In this document: one piece after another, positions 1 through 14,116 of the stretch | Position numbering within the stretch: the first letter of the stretch is position 1 | How the letters are laid out: every line of letters begins with the position of its first letter | NCBI RefSeq assembly: GCF_044704955.1 | Contig: NW_027251257.1 | Coordinates: forward strand, 992,001 to 1,056,000 | Reading direction: 5' to 3' | DNA from: Pristiophorus japonicus | Taxonomy: Eukaryota | Length of the DNA stretch: 64,000 nucleotides | Made by a program: the position numbers and the translations under genes | The notes under the pieces: generated by a model | Databases searched by the model: none | Told to the model about the DNA's origin: nothing | The model's input: only the letters and a program-made list of their open reading frames with translations

Positions 1-1050
1 TTTCCCGTAGCCCTGTGAATTGTCTTCCTTCAGGTACTTATCCAATTCCCTTTGGAATGCCATGATTGATTCTGCCCCCACCACCATTTCAGGCCGTGCA
101 TTCCAGACCTAACCACTCACTGTGTAAAAACGTTTTTGTCAGTTCGACTTTGGTTCTTCTGCCAATCACCTTAAACCTGTGTCCTCTGTCCTTGACCCTT
201 CCACCAATGGGAACAGTTTCTCTCCAGCTACTCTCTCTAGACCCCTTATGATTCTGAACACCTCTATCAAATCTGATCTCAACCTTTTCTGCTCTAAGGA
301 GAACAAACCCAGCTTCTCCAGACTATCCATATAACTGAAGTACCTTATCCCTGGAATCACACTTGTAAATCTCTTCTGCTCCCTCTCTAAGGCCTTCACA
401 TCCATCCTAAAGTGTGGTGCCCAAATTTGGACACAATACTCCAGTTGAGGCTGAACCAGTGTTTTACAAACGTTCATCATAACTTCCTTTCATTTGTATT
501 CTATGCCTCTATTTATGAAGCCCAGGATCCCGTAAGCTTTTCAAACCATTTTCTCAGCCGGCCCTGCCATCTTCGATTATTTGTGCACATATACCCCCAG
601 GCCACTGTGTTCACCACCTCCTTCAGAATTGTACCCTTTAGTTTATATTGCCTCTCCTCATTCTTCCTACCAAAATGCATCACTTCACAATTTTCTGCAT
701 TTCATTTGCCACGTGTCCACCCATTCCATCAGCAGGTCGATGTTCTCTTGAAGTCATCACTATCCTTCTCACTGTTCACTATACTTACAAGTTTTGTGAC
801 ATCTGAAAAATTTGAAATTGTGCCCTTGCACCCAAGTATAAGTCATGAATATGAGCAGAACACCACTGTATACCCTCCTCCAATCCAAAAAAACAACCGG
901 TCGACACTACTCTCTGGTTGCTGTCACTCAGCCAATTTCATATCCATGCTGCCACTGTGCCTTTTATTCTATGGGCTTCAACTTTGCTGGCAAGGATATT
1001 ATCAAGGCACTTTATCAAACACCTTTTGGGAGTCCACCACATCAACCATA
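1..1050 (-). mobile_element. CR1-clade LINE, degenerate 3' portion of ORF2 (RT C-terminus)
   Basis: Minus ORF 166..480 has PQLEYCVQIWAP...LGLFSLEQKRLRSDLIEVFRII, typical CR1 ORF2 C-terminal motifs; boundaries approximate. Confidence 0.85.
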
Positions 1051-1294
1051 TAAACTTTGACAGGGTCTAGTGCAGTAAAAACTGTGACGGAGTCAAGTGT
1101 AATGAGAGAATCTTGATATTCGTCAATCCATCTATCTATCTTCTGCCTATCGAATGGATGAATGGTCCCGTGCAGAAAAAATTGATACAGGGTCTAGTGT
1201 ATAATAAATAGAGTCAATGTCCAGTGCAGTTATATTTTATAGACAAAATCTAGTGTAAGATGAAGAGGGACAGGATATATTATAATAAATTTCA

Positions 1295-2725
1295 GACAGA
1301 GACAGGATCTAGTTTAACATGAGCAGAGACAGGGTCTAGTGTAATATAAACAGGGACAGCGTCTAGTGTAATATAAACAGAGACAGGGTCTAGTGTAATA
1401 TAAACAGAGACAGGGTCTAGTGTAATATAAACAGAGACAGGGTCTAGTGTAATATAAACAGAGACAGGGTCCAGTGTAATATAAACAGGGACAGCGTCTA
1501 GTGTAATATAAACAGAGACAGGGTCTAGTGTAATATAAACAGAGACAGGGTCTAGTGTAATATAAACAGAGACAGGGTCTGGTGTAATATAAACAGAGAC
1601 AGGGTCTAGTGTAATATAAACAGGGACAGGGTCTAGTGTAATATAAACAGAGACAGGGTCTAGTGTAATATAAACAGGGACAGGGTCTAGTGTAATATAA
1701 ACAGAGACAGGGTCTAGTGTAATATAAACAGAGACAGGGTCTGGTGTAATATAAACAGAGACAGGGTCTAGTGTAATATAAACAGAGACAGGGTCTAGTG
1801 TAATATAAACAGAGACAGGGTCTAGTGTAATATAAACAGAGACAGGGTCTAGTGTAATATAAACAGAGACAGGGTCTAGTGTAATATAAACAGAGACAGG
1901 GTCTAGTGTAATATAAACAGAGACAGGGCCGAGTGTAATATATACAGGGACAGGGTCTCGTGTAATATAAACAGAGACAGGGTCTAGTGTAATATAAACA
2001 GAGACAGTGTCTAGTGTAATATAAACAGAGACAGGGTCTAGTGTAATATAAACAGAGACAGGGTCTAGTGTAATATAAACAGAGACAGGGTCTAGTGTAA
2101 TATAAACAGAGACAGGGTCTAGTGTAATATAAGCAGAGACAGGGTCTAGTGTAATATAAACAGAGACAGGGTCTAGTGTAATATAAACAGAGACAGGGTC
2201 TAGTGTAATATAAACAGGGACAGGGTCTAGTGTAATATAAACAGAGACAGGGTCTAGTGTAATATAAACAGGGACAGGGTCTAGTGTAATATAAACAGAG
2301 ACAGGGTCTAGTGTAATATAAACAGAGACAGGGTCTAGTGTAATATAAACAGGGACAGGGTCTAGTGTAATATAAACAGAGACAGGGTCTAGTGTAATAT
2401 AAACAGAGACAGGGTCTGGTGTAATATAAACAGAGACAGGGTCTAGTGTAATATAAACAGGGACAGGGTCTAGTGTAATATAAACAGAGACAGGGTCTAG
2501 TGTAATATAAACAGAGACAGGGTCTAGTGTAATATAAACAGAGACAGGGTCTAGTGTAATATAAACAGAGACAGGGCCTAGTGTAATATAAACAGGGACA
2601 GGGTCTAGTGTAATATAAACAGAGACAGGGTCTAGTGTAATATAAACAGAGACAGGGTCTAGTGTAATATAAACAGGGACAGGGCCGAGTGTAATATAAA
2701 CAGGGACAGCGTCTAGTGTAATATA
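1295..2725. repeat. 27-bp minisatellite (GTGTAATATAAACAGAGACAGGGTCTA)n, about 50 near-perfect copies
   Basis: Unit read directly; it produces the spurious LDPVSVYIT 9-aa repeat ORF; degenerate copies extend left to about 1060. Confidence 0.97.
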
Positions 2726-2771
2726 AAAAAAGATCCCTTGTCTAGTGCAATAAAATCCCCGACATGATCTA

Positions 2772-4070
2772 GGGCTAGAACCTCCACCTTTATGCTTATC
2801 GCCCAAAAATGGGTGTTATAACTGGCGTGAGTGTTAAAAAATAATTTTCAGATCGCCGGCTTCTCGCCTATTTGCAAAACAACTCGTTTCCTTTTTTGAG
2901 AATGGCCAATACCGCGAGCGATATCAAATGGGTGGCAGCGTTAAATTTTTTTGACCTTCTGCCGTAAAGTGTGGCCACCCTTAGCAACGGCATGGCAATG
3001 CTCGATTCCCACGATTCAGGAGGTCAGAGCCATCATGACATGCGCAGAAGAGGAGACAGAGAGAGATCTCAGAGGCACTATGGTGTGTGCTTGTCTGGCT
3101 GTTGTGGAGATTCACCAGTAGCAGAAAGCCTACTAACCACCAAGAACATATTTGGCACCCAGTTTTTGTCCAACAAATAAGATATAACATGCAAGGGATG
3201 GAGGAGACTCTGGAGCTGGAAGCCAGGAAGACTGGTGGCAGAGGGCGCCCAGTGGTCCCGGAGCACCACACTGCACCCCAAAGTACGGCACCCCCATTAC
3301 CAACCACACATGAGAGCCAGGAGCAACATCTTGCTTCTGGCTCAGAGCACGTTCCCACCTCAGGACCGCCCTCTCCCGTATCTGTCCAAGCAGCGGTTCA
3401 GCTGTCACTGTCACCCCACAATGAAGCATCGCCTGAAGACCTCCTCGGCCAGGCAGCTTGGAGTCAGGAGGGGAAGGGGTAGAGGTGGGGAGGAGAAGTG
3501 GCGTTGCGGTGGGTGGGGGAGAGTGTTGATTTGTACAGAAATATTGATGATTTCAGATTAATGTTCAGTTTAAATTTTTTTTTTAACAAAACCTTGTAGC
3601 ACATTGGCTCATGGTGTCCATAACGCTGTGATTCATTCCGGTTAGTTCCAATTTTCTGGGCGGTTTTTTGGGAGAGCTATACTGTGGTCGATATGTGAAC
3701 GAGAAGGTGAAATTGAAGCAGGACAATCTCATGGCCGCTAGTTTCGGTAAATATGCTCTTTCCGACAAAAAAAGTGGGCGGACGTTAATATTGAATCTCG
3801 GAGTTAAATCAGGGCGGAAATTAACGCTGGGTGATATTATGGGCGTTGAATTCTGTTGATTCAACCCCAAAAAAGTGGGCGGGCGGTAATATTTTATCCC
3901 GCTGTTAAGCACATGGGGAAAGTAATGCTCAGTGATAACTTTCTGAAAAATGCCTGCCAGTTTCCATTTTGTGCCAAAAAGGGTGATATATGGGCATTAT
4001 ATGTCATTTCAGCGGTAAAATTGGCGTTAAGTGCGTGTTAAGCATGCAAAAAAAGTACAGGTTCTAACCT
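2772..4070. mobile_element. Non-autonomous DNA transposon (PIF/Harbinger-like MITE) inserted in the 27-bp satellite
   Basis: Imperfect TIRs GGGCTAGAACC (2772) / GGTTCTAACCT (4070), flanks CTA/GTA; satellite resumes after 4070; no transposase ORF. Confidence 0.55.
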
Positions 4071-4772
4071 GTAGTGTTTTATAAAAAGAGACAGGTCTTC
4101 GTGTAATATGAACAGAGACATGATGTAGTTATAGAATCATAGAATCGAAGAATGATACAGTACAGAAAGTGTACATTCAGCTCACCGGTTCCTGTGCCGG
4201 CACTAAGTTGAAAGAGCAACCAATTAGTCCCACTCCCCCTGCTATTTCCCAATATCCCTGCATTTTTTCCAATTCAAGTATTTACCCAAATCCCTTTTGA
4301 GATTTATTACTGGAACTGCTTCCAGCACCCTATCAGACAGTGTATTCCAGATCATCACATTCTGTGTATTTCTTTTTCCTCATTTCGCCTCTGGTTCTTT
4401 TGCCAAGTACCTTAAATCTGTGTGCTCTGGTTACAGACCCTTCAGCCACTGGAAAATAATCTTCTTAATTACTGTGTCAGTACCCCCCATGATCTTGAAC
4501 ATGTTTATCAAATCTCCTTTTAACCTTCTCTGCTCCGATGACAACAATCCCAATGCCCTGAGTGTCGACACATAATTGGAGTATTTCATCCAAGGTCCGA
4601 AACTAGGAAATTAGCTCTGTACCCTTTCCAAGGCCTTACAACCTTTCCTAAAATGTGGCACCCAGAGTTAAACACAATACTTCGGCTGGGGTATAACCAG
4701 TGTTTTACAGATGTTTAACAACAAGTTCATTGCATTTGCACCCTATTTCTCTTTTTATAAAAACGAAAGATA

Positions 4773-5960
4773 GAACATAAGAACATAAGAATTAGGAACA
4801 GGAGTAAGCCATCTAGCCCCCCGAGCCTGCTCCTCCATTCAACAAGATCATGGCTGACCTGGCCGTGGACTCAGCTCCACTTACCCACCAGCTCCCCGTA
4901 ACCCTTAATTCCCTTATTGGTTAAAAATCTATCTATCTGTGACTTGAATACATTCAATGAGCTAGCTTCAACTGCTTCCTTGGGCAGAGAATTCCACAGA
5001 TTCACAACCCTCTGGGAGAAGAAATTCCTTCTCAACTCGGTTTTAAATTGGCTCTCCGGTATTTTGAGGCTGTGTCCCCTAGTTCTAGTCTCCCCTACCA
5101 GTGGAAACAACCTCTCTGCCTCTATCTTGTCTATCCCTTTCATTATTTTAAACGTTTCGATAAGATCACCCATCATCCTTCTGAACTCCAGCGAGTAAAG
5201 ACCCAGTCTACTCAATCTATCATCATAGCTTAGTGAATCATCTCTGTATCCCCTCCAAAGCCAGTATATCCTTCCTTAAGTAAGGTGACCAAAACTGCAT
5301 GCAGTACTCCAGGTGCAGCCTCACCAATACTCTATACAGTTGCAGCAGGACCTCCCTGCTTTTGTACTCCATCCCTCTCGCAATGAAGGCCAACATTCCA
5401 TTCGCCTTCCTGATTACCTGCTGCACCTGCAAACTAACTTTTTGGGATTCATGCACAAGGACCCCCAGGTCCCTCTGCACCGCAGCATGTTGTAATTTCT
5501 CCCCATTCAAATAAAAGTCCCTTTCACTGTTTTTTTCCCCAAGGTGGATGACCTCACACTTTCCGACATTATATTCCATCTGCCAAACCTTAGCCCATTC
5601 GCTTAACCTATCTAAATCTCTTTGCAGCCTCTCTGTGTCCTCTACAGCGTACGCCTTCTGCATTCCAGAGAAGAACAGCTTGCTACATTTAACCATCTCC
5701 TTATCTCCCCTCTGTCTTTTTTGCAAATGGTCTTAAATCTGTGTCCTCTGGTTACCGATGCTCCTGTCAGTGTAAACAATGTTTCACTATCAACTCTATC
5801 AAATCCCTTCATAAAGGGAAGGGTGGAACAGGCAGTAGCATTAATTTCTGATTGCTGCCAGAGATTGGTTGGCAGATTTTCGTTCGGATAGGGTATTAAT
5901 GGTGATGGAATCAATACTGGTCGATAGAGTTAAATTACCGATCATCCGTCATCTATTGAA
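4773..5960 (-). mobile_element. CR1 LINE 3' end with (AACATAAG)n tail plus adjacent CR1 fragments
   Basis: ORFs 4871..5215 and 5238..5726 show CR1 RT C-terminus (WQMEYNVGKCEV, LEYCMQFWSP, RRNFFSQRVVNLWNSLP); 8-bp tail repeat at 4773-4790. Confidence 0.9.
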
Positions 5961-5984
5961 TAGAGTTATGGTCGCGTGTAGTAC

Positions 5985-6840
5985 TAATTGAGAAAGGGTA
6001 CCATGTAATTTAAACAGAAGAATGGTCTAATGCATTAATAACAGAGACAAAACCTAGTGCAATGTAAAGAGGTGACATTGTCTAGTGCAGTAATAATTGC
6101 GACAGGGCCTAGTGTAATATAAATGGAGACATGGTGTAGATTGTAATAACTGAGAGTGTCCAGTGTATTGTAAATATAGACATAGTCTAATACATTAAAA
6201 CTGAAGCAAGGTTTCGTGTAATATGAAGAGACACATACCCGAGTGCAGTAATAAATGAGACAGTAACTAATCTAAGACTATATGAACAGGGGCATGGTCC
6301 AGTGCAGTAATAACTGAGAAAGGGCATCGTGTAATATATACTGAGACAAGGCCAAGTGCAATCTAATCAGAGAGATGGTCTAGTGCAATGATAACTGAGA
6401 CAAGTCCCAATGTAATATAAAGAGAGGCATGTTCTCATGCAGTACTAACAGAGAGAGCCTTGTGTAATATAAATAGAGACATGACTTAGTGCAGCAATAA
6501 CTTAACGTGACCCAGTGTAATATGAACAGATGCAGGGCCTAGTGTAATATAACCAGTCACCGAGTCTAATGCATTGATGCAATATTAACAGAAATAGAGT
6601 CTAGCATAGTACTAACGGAGACAGGACTGAGTGTAATATACCAGGGACATGGCCTAGTGCAGTAATAACTGAGACAGGGTTCAGTGTAATATAAACTGAG
6701 AATTGTCTCGTGTAATATAAACAAAGACATTGTCTAGTGTAATATAAACTGAAGCATTGTCTAGTGTAATATAAAAGAGACATTGTCTCGTGTAACATAA
6801 ACTGAGACAAGGTCTAATGCAGCAAAAACTAAGACATGTC
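5985..6840 (+). repeat. Degenerate 27-bp satellite, same orientation as 1295-2725
   Basis: Recurrent tctagtgtaatataaac/tctagtgcagtaataactgagaca variants. Confidence 0.85.
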
Positions 6841-6849
6841 CTATTGAAG

Positions 6850-7530
6850 CTTTTATGTCTGTTTATGTCTCTCGGTGGTTTACTCTCATATTCTATTTCC
6901 CCTTTCTTGATCAATTTCTTGGTCCTCCTTTGCTGAATTCTAAAATCCTCCCAATCCTCAGGCTTACATTATAATTGTTGGCAATATTATAATCCTCTTC
7001 CTTTGATTTAATACTGTCTTTAATTTCTCTTGTTAGCCATGGTTGGACCACTTTTCTTGTAGGAATTCTATGTCTTAAAAAGGTATGTTTGTCGTAACTT
7101 ATGTATTAACTTTTTACAGTCTATCCATTGCTTGTCTACCATTATACCTTTTAATATAGGTTGCCAACGCGCCCTCATACCTCCGTAGTTTGCTTTGTTT
7201 AGATTTAAGTCCCTAGTTTCGGATATAACTAAATCACTTGCAAATTTAATATAAAATTCTATCATATTGTGGCCACTTTTCCCTAAAGGCCCGTTTACTA
7301 CAAGGTTATTAATTAACCCTTTCTGACTGCACAATACTAGATCTAAAATAGCCTGTTTGCTTGTCGGTTCCTCAACATACTAATCGAGAAAACCATCTTG
7401 TATACATTCCATGAATTTGTCCTCCACACTATTTCTGCAAATTTGGTTTGCTAAGTCTATACGTAGATTAAAATCCCCCATGATTACTGTATTACGCTTG
7501 TTACATGCACCTCTAATTTTCTGATTAATA
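6850..7530 (-). mobile_element. CR1 LINE fragment (endonuclease/linker region)
   Basis: Minus ORF 7068..7334 GLINNLVVNGPLGKSGHNMIEF matches the CR1 APE C-terminal SDHN motif region seen in the full-length copy at 55623..56414. Confidence 0.8.
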
Positions 7531-7534
7531 CTGT

Positions 7535-9100
7535 TCCCTGTCTCAGTTATTACTGCACTAGACCATGTCTTCGTTTATATTACACTTGGCCGTGTCTCAG
7601 TTATTTCTGCACTGGACCATATTTTATTGACGTTATATCTGACCATGTCTCTGTTTATATTACACAAGTCCCAATCTCATTTATTACTGAAACAGATATT
7701 TTATCTGTTTATATAACCCTTTTGATATTACACTGTCTGAGTTATACTGCACTGCACACGGTCTCTGTTTATATTACATTAGACCTTGTTGCTGTTTATT
7801 TTATGCTAATATCTATCTCAGTTATTACTGCACTAGACCATGTCTCTGTTTATATTACAAGGGTCCCTGTCTCTAGGCATGAAAGCACGGGCCTTACGCT
7901 AAACATCCATACGACAAAGGTCCTCCACCAGCCTGACTCCACCACACAGCACTACCCGCCAGTCATCAAGATCCATGGCACGGCCCTGGATAACGTGGAA
8001 CACTTTCTATACCTCGGGAGCCTATTAACAACAAGGGCAGACATTGACGACAAGATTCAGCACCATATCCAGTATGCCAGCGCAGTTTTGGCCACCTGAG
8101 GAAGATTTGAAGAGCAGGCCCTCAAATCTTCCACCAAGCTCATGGTCTACAGGACTGTAGTGATACCTGCCCTCCTGTATGGCTCAGAGGTGTGGACCAT
8201 ATACAGGAGACACCTCAAATCGCTGGAGAAATTTCACCAACGATTTCTACGCAAGATCGTGAAAATCCCCTGGGAGGACAGGCGCATCAATGTTAGCATC
8301 CTTGACCAGGCCAACATCCTCAGCATCGAAGCACTGACCACACTTGACCAGCTCTGCTGGATGGGCCACAGTGTTCTCATGCCTGACACAAGACTCACAA
8401 AACAAGCGCTCTACTCCTACATGGCAAGCGAGCCCAAGGTGGCAGAGGAAACGTTTCAAGGACACCCTCAAAGCCTCCCTGATAAAATGCAACATCCCCA
8501 CCGACTCCTGAAAGTCCCTGGCCAAAGACCGCCCTAAATGGAGGAAGTGCATCTGGGAGGGTGCTGAGCACCTCGAGTCTCATCGCCGAGAGCGTGCAGA
8601 AACCAAGCGCAGGCAGCAGAAGGAGTGTGCGGCAAACCAGTCCCACGCACCCTTTCCTTCAATGACTGTCTGTCTCACCTGTGGCAGAGACTGTAATTCC
8701 CATATTGGACTGTTCAATCACCTAAGATCTCATTTTTAGAGTGGAAGCAAGTCTTCCTCCATTTCACGGGACTGCCTATGATGATGATGGCCAGGCCCTG
8801 CCTCTGTTTATATTACAGTAGACCATGTCTCTGTTTATATTACACTAGACCCTGTTGCTGTTTATTTTACGCTAGACCCTGTCTCTGTTTATATTATGCA
8901 AGACACTGACACTGTTTATGTTATACTAAGCCCTGTCTCAGTTTATATTACACTATACCCTTCCACTGCTTATATTACACTAGACCCTGTCTCTGTTTAT
9001 ATTACACTAGACCCTGTCTCTGTTTATATTACACTAGGCCCTGTCTCTGTTTATATTACACCAGACCCTCTCTCAGTTTATATTGCGTTAGGTCCTGTGT
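7535..9100 (-). repeat. 27-bp satellite in inverted orientation, split by an RTE insertion
   Basis: (CCCTGTCTCTGTTTATATTACACTAGA) units at 7535-7875 and 8790-9100 are the reverse complement of the 1295-2725 unit. Confidence 0.9.
7876..8789 (+). mobile_element. RTE-clade LINE, 5'-truncated
   Basis: GLTLNIHTTKVL...VEHFLYLGS and KLMVYRTVVIPALLYGSEVWT motifs (ORFs 7722, 8142); (ATG)n tail at about 8778-8789. Confidence 0.85.
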
Positions 9101-10089
9101 CAAGTGACCTCACAAATTAACAGAGTAATTGAAATCATTTTGAAAAACTAAAAGGAGAGTTGCACTCTCAGCCAGTACAGCATAACATCAGATTTTAAAA
9201 GAGGCAAGAATCTAAATAATGTGTTGGTTGGCAGCAGAGTACAGAGACCAAACTCTGATGACAAGCAATGTGGGGCATGTAAATAGCTACAAATCCAAAA
9301 CCAGATACAAAGCAGGAGCACGGGGAAACAGATTCATAAAGCGAAAGTTTACATGCGAGCGGCCCAGTGTAATCTACGGCAATCCGATGCAAACAATGCG
9401 ACATCTTGTATAGCAGGGAAACAGGGAACTGTCAATGAACCAGGCTTACAGGGCAACTCAGTGCCACAAGAACAGAACATGAAGACAAAGCTATCAGCAG
9501 ACATTTCATGGAGTGTGGGGTTCAATCACTGGGAATTGGACAACCACACAAAGGAAGAAGACAGAGAGAGATTCTGGGAATCAGATACCCAGTTAGCAAC
9601 TTGCCTCAGTCAAATATAAAACAGGAAAACTCTGACCCAGACCCAAACCTAAAGTATCCACAAAATACTAACCCAATTACCATGGAAAGCCTACAGTAAT
9701 GCTAACCCTATCTCACAAACCCGAACCCTGATGCAAACCACAACACCAACACTAATCCAAAACACCAACCATAACCCCTACTCGAACCGTAATGTCACTA
9801 ACCCTAATGACCCCAACACTACCGACCCGAACTCTAACCTAAATCCAAAACCTAAAATACCTTCAACCATAATCCTTATCTCGATCTTAAGCACGACTAT
9901 TCTTTCAATCCAATTTAAAGACTCTAACACATGCCTTGAAACCCAACACTTCCAGAGCTGTAGCTAGATAATAACAAGTAGAATTATACAAAAAGCAATA
10001 AAAGGCATGAGACAAATAAAAGTGGCAGGTACCAATGAGAAAATCCTCAAGACATGAAAATACAAGCACAAGAGAGGACAATGACCCTA

Positions 10090-12676
10090 TTGCCCGTAAA
10101 GGAAACCATTACAGCTGTAAGTAGGGGTGATATGTTGGAAGGATCATCAAATAACTCCATATAAGTTGAACTGAAGAACAAAAAAGGGAAAAGCGCACAA
10201 CTATAGATCCCTAAACAGTCAGAGGGAGATAGAAGAGCATATATACAGCCACTTTTATGAGAAGTCAAAAAATAATAGGGAGCATTAGCAGGGGGTTTCA
10301 ACTACCCTAGAACTCTAAAGATGCATTCAGAAGAACCTTTGTTTTAGACAGAATGTAGCAATGCCAACAAGAGCAGTTCTGGATTTAGTTTTAGGGATGG
10401 AAACTGAGCAAGTGGAAGGGGATTCAATGAGAGAGCATTTTGGTGCTTCTGATCAAAATTCAGTTTGATTTACTGTAGTTATGGAAAAGAACAAAGATAG
10501 ACCAGATATAAATGTTGATTGGGGAAAGGCCAAATTTAATAAGCTGAGAAGTGATTTAACAAAAGGGACAGGAAACAGCTACTTGAAGGTAAATCAGTCT
10601 CAGAGCAGTGGGAGGCATTCAAGGAGGAGATAGAGAGGATACAGAGCAAGTATGTTCCCACAAAGAAAAGGGATGGGTCTCCCAAATCTAGATCCCCTGG
10701 ATGTCACGGAGCATACAGGTAAGTATAAGGACAAAAAGAGAAGCTTTTGTCAGGTTCCGAGAGCTCAGTACTGCAAACAGCCTAAGGGAGTATAGAAAGT
10801 GGAGGGGTGAAATGAAAAGGGACATTGGGAAAGCAAAGAGAGAGCATGGAATGTTGGCAAGTAAAATCAAGGAAAACCCAAAGGTGGTTTATCAATACAT
10901 AAAAAGCAAAGGAATAACTAAGGAGAAATCAAAACAGTATCCTATGTGTAGAGGCAGAAGAAATGGCTATGATTCTCAATACATACTTTGCGTCTGTCTT
11001 CACAGAGAGAGGGGCAATGCTGACACTATATTTAAGGAGGAGGAGTGTGAAATATTAGATGGGATAAACCTAGAGACAGATGAAGAATTAAGTGGGTTAG
11101 CATCTTTGAAAGCAAACAAATCACCAGTCCCGGATAAAATGTATCACAGGCTGTTAAGAGATACAAGGGAGAAAACAACGCAGGCTCTGACCATCAACAT
11201 CCAAACCTTTCTGGGTACAGGCATGGTGCCAGAGGACTGGAGGACTGCTAATGTTGTGCCATTGTTTAAAGAGGGAGAAAGGATTAGTCCGAGTAGTGAT
11301 AGGTCAATCAGCCTTACCTCGGTTGTGTGAACATTATTGGAAAAAGTTCTGAGGGACAGGATAAATCTTCTTTTAGAATACCACAGATTTATCAAGGAGA
11401 GTTAAAGAGGTTTTGTAAAAGGAATGTCATATCAGACTAACTAATTTTGAGGAGATAATGAGGAGGGTCGATCAGGGATCATTTGATGTAGTCTACATCA
11501 AGTTCAGCAAGGCCGTTGACAAGGTCACACAAGGCATGTTGGTCAGAAAAAATAAAAGCCCATGGGATCCAAGGGAAACTGGCAAGTTGGATCCGAAATT
11601 GGCTCAGAAGCAGGAAGCAAAGGGGAATGGTCGATGGGTGTTTTTGTGACTGGAAGGATGTTTCCAGAGGGGTTCTGCAGGGCTCAGTATTACTTCCCTT
11701 TCTTTTTGTGTTATATATCAATGATTTGGCCTTGAATGTAGGGGGCATGATTAAGAAGTTTTCAGATGATACAGCAATTGGCCGTGTGGTTGATAGTGAG
11801 GAAGACAGCTGTAGACTACAGGAAGATATCAATGGACTGATCAAGTGGGTAGAGCAGTGGGAAATGGAATTCAATCTGGAGAAGTGTGATGTAATGCATT
11901 TGGGGCGGGATAACAAGGCAAGGGAATAGGCAATAAATGGTAGGGCACTGAGGAAGGTAGAGGGACAGATGGACCTGGGAGTGCATGTCCACAGATCCTT
12001 GAAGGTAGCAGGACAGGTAGATCAGGTGGTTAAGAAGATATGCAGGTTACTTTATTTGAGTAGCCGAGGCATACAATAAAGGAGCAGGGCGGTTATGCTT
12101 GAACTGTACAAAACACTAGTTAGGCCACAGGTAGAGTACTGCATGCAGTCTGGTCACCACATTAAAGGAAACATGTGATTGCACTCGAGAGGGTACAAAG
12201 GAGAATAATGAGGATGTTGCCAGGACTGCAGAATTTTAGCTCTGAAGAAAGCTCGGTTAGCCTGGGGTTGTTTTCTTTGGAACAGAGGAGGCTGAGGGGA
12301 GATTCAATTGAGGAGTGTAAGATTATAAAGGGCCGAGATAGGGTGGATAGGAAGCACCTATTTCTCTCAGCAGAGAGACCAATAAGTAGGGGACATAAAT
12401 TTAAAGTAATTGGTGGAAGGATTAGAGGGGAGTCGAGGAAAATGTATTTGTGGTGTGGTGGGGATTTTTAACTTACTGCCTGAAAGGTTGGTAGAGGCAG
12501 AAACACTCATCGCATTCAAAAATCACATGAATATGTACTTGAAGTGCCGTACACTACTAGGCTACGGACCAAAAGCTGGAAAGTGGGATTAGGCCATATG
12601 GCTCTTTTTTCGGTCAGCTCACGGACGGTGGGCACAATGGCCTCATTCTGTGCAGTAATCATCTATGATTCTATGA
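10090..12676 (+). mobile_element. CR1 LINE, decayed ORF2 with 3' tail
   Basis: ORFs 10701, 11516, 12175, 12410 (EDWRTANVVPLFK, GVLQGSVL, KFSDDT); ctatgatt tail at about 12664-12676. Confidence 0.9.
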
Positions 12677-13159
12677 CAACCTTTCAAAATGTGATCACTA
12701 TTCAATAATCCTTTAAACTTCCCTGCTCTAAGTCGAACAATCCCAGTTTCTCCAGTCTCCACACAACTGAAAAACTGCACCCTGGTAAATTTCTAGACAT
12801 TCTGCTCTGCAGCATCACCGAGGCCTTGGCATACTTCCCAAAGTCTGGATTGAACTCAATTTAATCTTTATTTCTCCTTCAGATTAATTCTAAGGATGAA
12901 TGCTCTCTTAAAATTGAACTGAGCAGTAATCTGAGTATTGCTAATTATTGATTGATAACGACGATATAACTTGTGTCTAACAATACAGACGGTGATTTTC
13001 CTGCTCAGCAACAGCAGCCTCTGCATAATTTTGTTTCAATAAGGTCACTGCCGCCACCTGCTGATGATAAACATCTACTGCAGGCGCCAGAGTATTTTTG
13101 AACATGAGTATTTAATTCCACACACAACAACTTGCATTTTCCCAGTTACGTTCACCCAG

Positions 13160-13980
13160 AGGAGTTTCTCAGAGCAAACCACAAGCGGGCCAAGACATCA
13201 GGTGGAGTTAAGGGACAAAGGACACAATTAGTGTTATCAATTCTGAGGAGGTTTTCATGGGCAGATGGGAAGTTATATAGGAACATAAGAATTAGGAGCC
13301 ACACGGAAGCTGGAGCTTGCTCTGCCATTCAATAAGATGATGGCCCATTTTCGAACGCAACTCCACTTTCCTGTCCGATCCCCATATCCCTTGATTCTCC
13401 TGGCGTGCAACAATCTATCTATCTCAGTTTTGAATATACTCAAAGACACAGCATCCACAGCCCTCTGGGGCACAGAATTCCAAAGATTCACAACCCTCTG
13501 AGTGAAGAAATTCCTCCTCATCTCAGTCTTATATGGTTGACCCCTAATCTGGATACTATGCCCCCTAGTTCGAGATTCTCCAGTCAGTGGAAACAACCTC
13601 TCAGCATCTACCCCGTCAATCCCGCTCAGGATCTTATCTGTTTCAATGAGATCACCTCTCATTCTTCTAAACACCAAAGGAGTTTCAGCAAGCAAACCAC
13701 AAGAGGGCCAACGGATCAGGGGGGGTTAATGGAGAAAGGACACAATTAATGTTATCAATCCTGAGGAGGTTTTCATGTGAAGGTGTGAAGTTATATAAGA
13801 ACATAAGAATTTGGAGCAGGAGTAGGCCACATGGCCCCTGGAGAATGCTCCTCCATTCAATAAGATCATGGCTGCTCATCGACCTCAACACAACTTTCCT
13901 GCTTTATCCCCATATCCCTTCATTTTCCTCCAGTCCAAAAATCCACCTATCTCAGCCTTGAATATATTCAACGACTCAGC
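13160..13980. repeat. Local direct duplication of about 130 bp unique flank plus a minus-strand CR1 3' end
   Basis: gcaaaccacaag...ggacacaatta.tgttatcaat.ctgaggaggttttcatg...aacataagaatt occurs at about 13160-13290 and about 13680-13810. Confidence 0.75.
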
Positions 13981-14116
13981 AGGGTTTGTGGATTCTGGTG
14001 GGTCAGATAGGTCAAAGGATCTGTGAATCATTCCCAGCTTTAACACGTCATTTGAAATGATCTCAATATAACCAATGGGGTTGTTTCTTGCCAGTACGAA
14101 TGTATTGTTGCTGGGC

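Noticed and set aside
1292-2806. 504-aa ORF with LDPVSVYIT repeats
   Set aside because: By-product of a 27-bp (multiple of 3) stop-free minisatellite; non-ATG start, no gene structure
9100-10050. Short ORFs and AACCC-rich sequence suggestive of telomeric repeat or a gene
   Set aside because: Low-complexity only; no (TTAGGG)n array or recognisable protein motif
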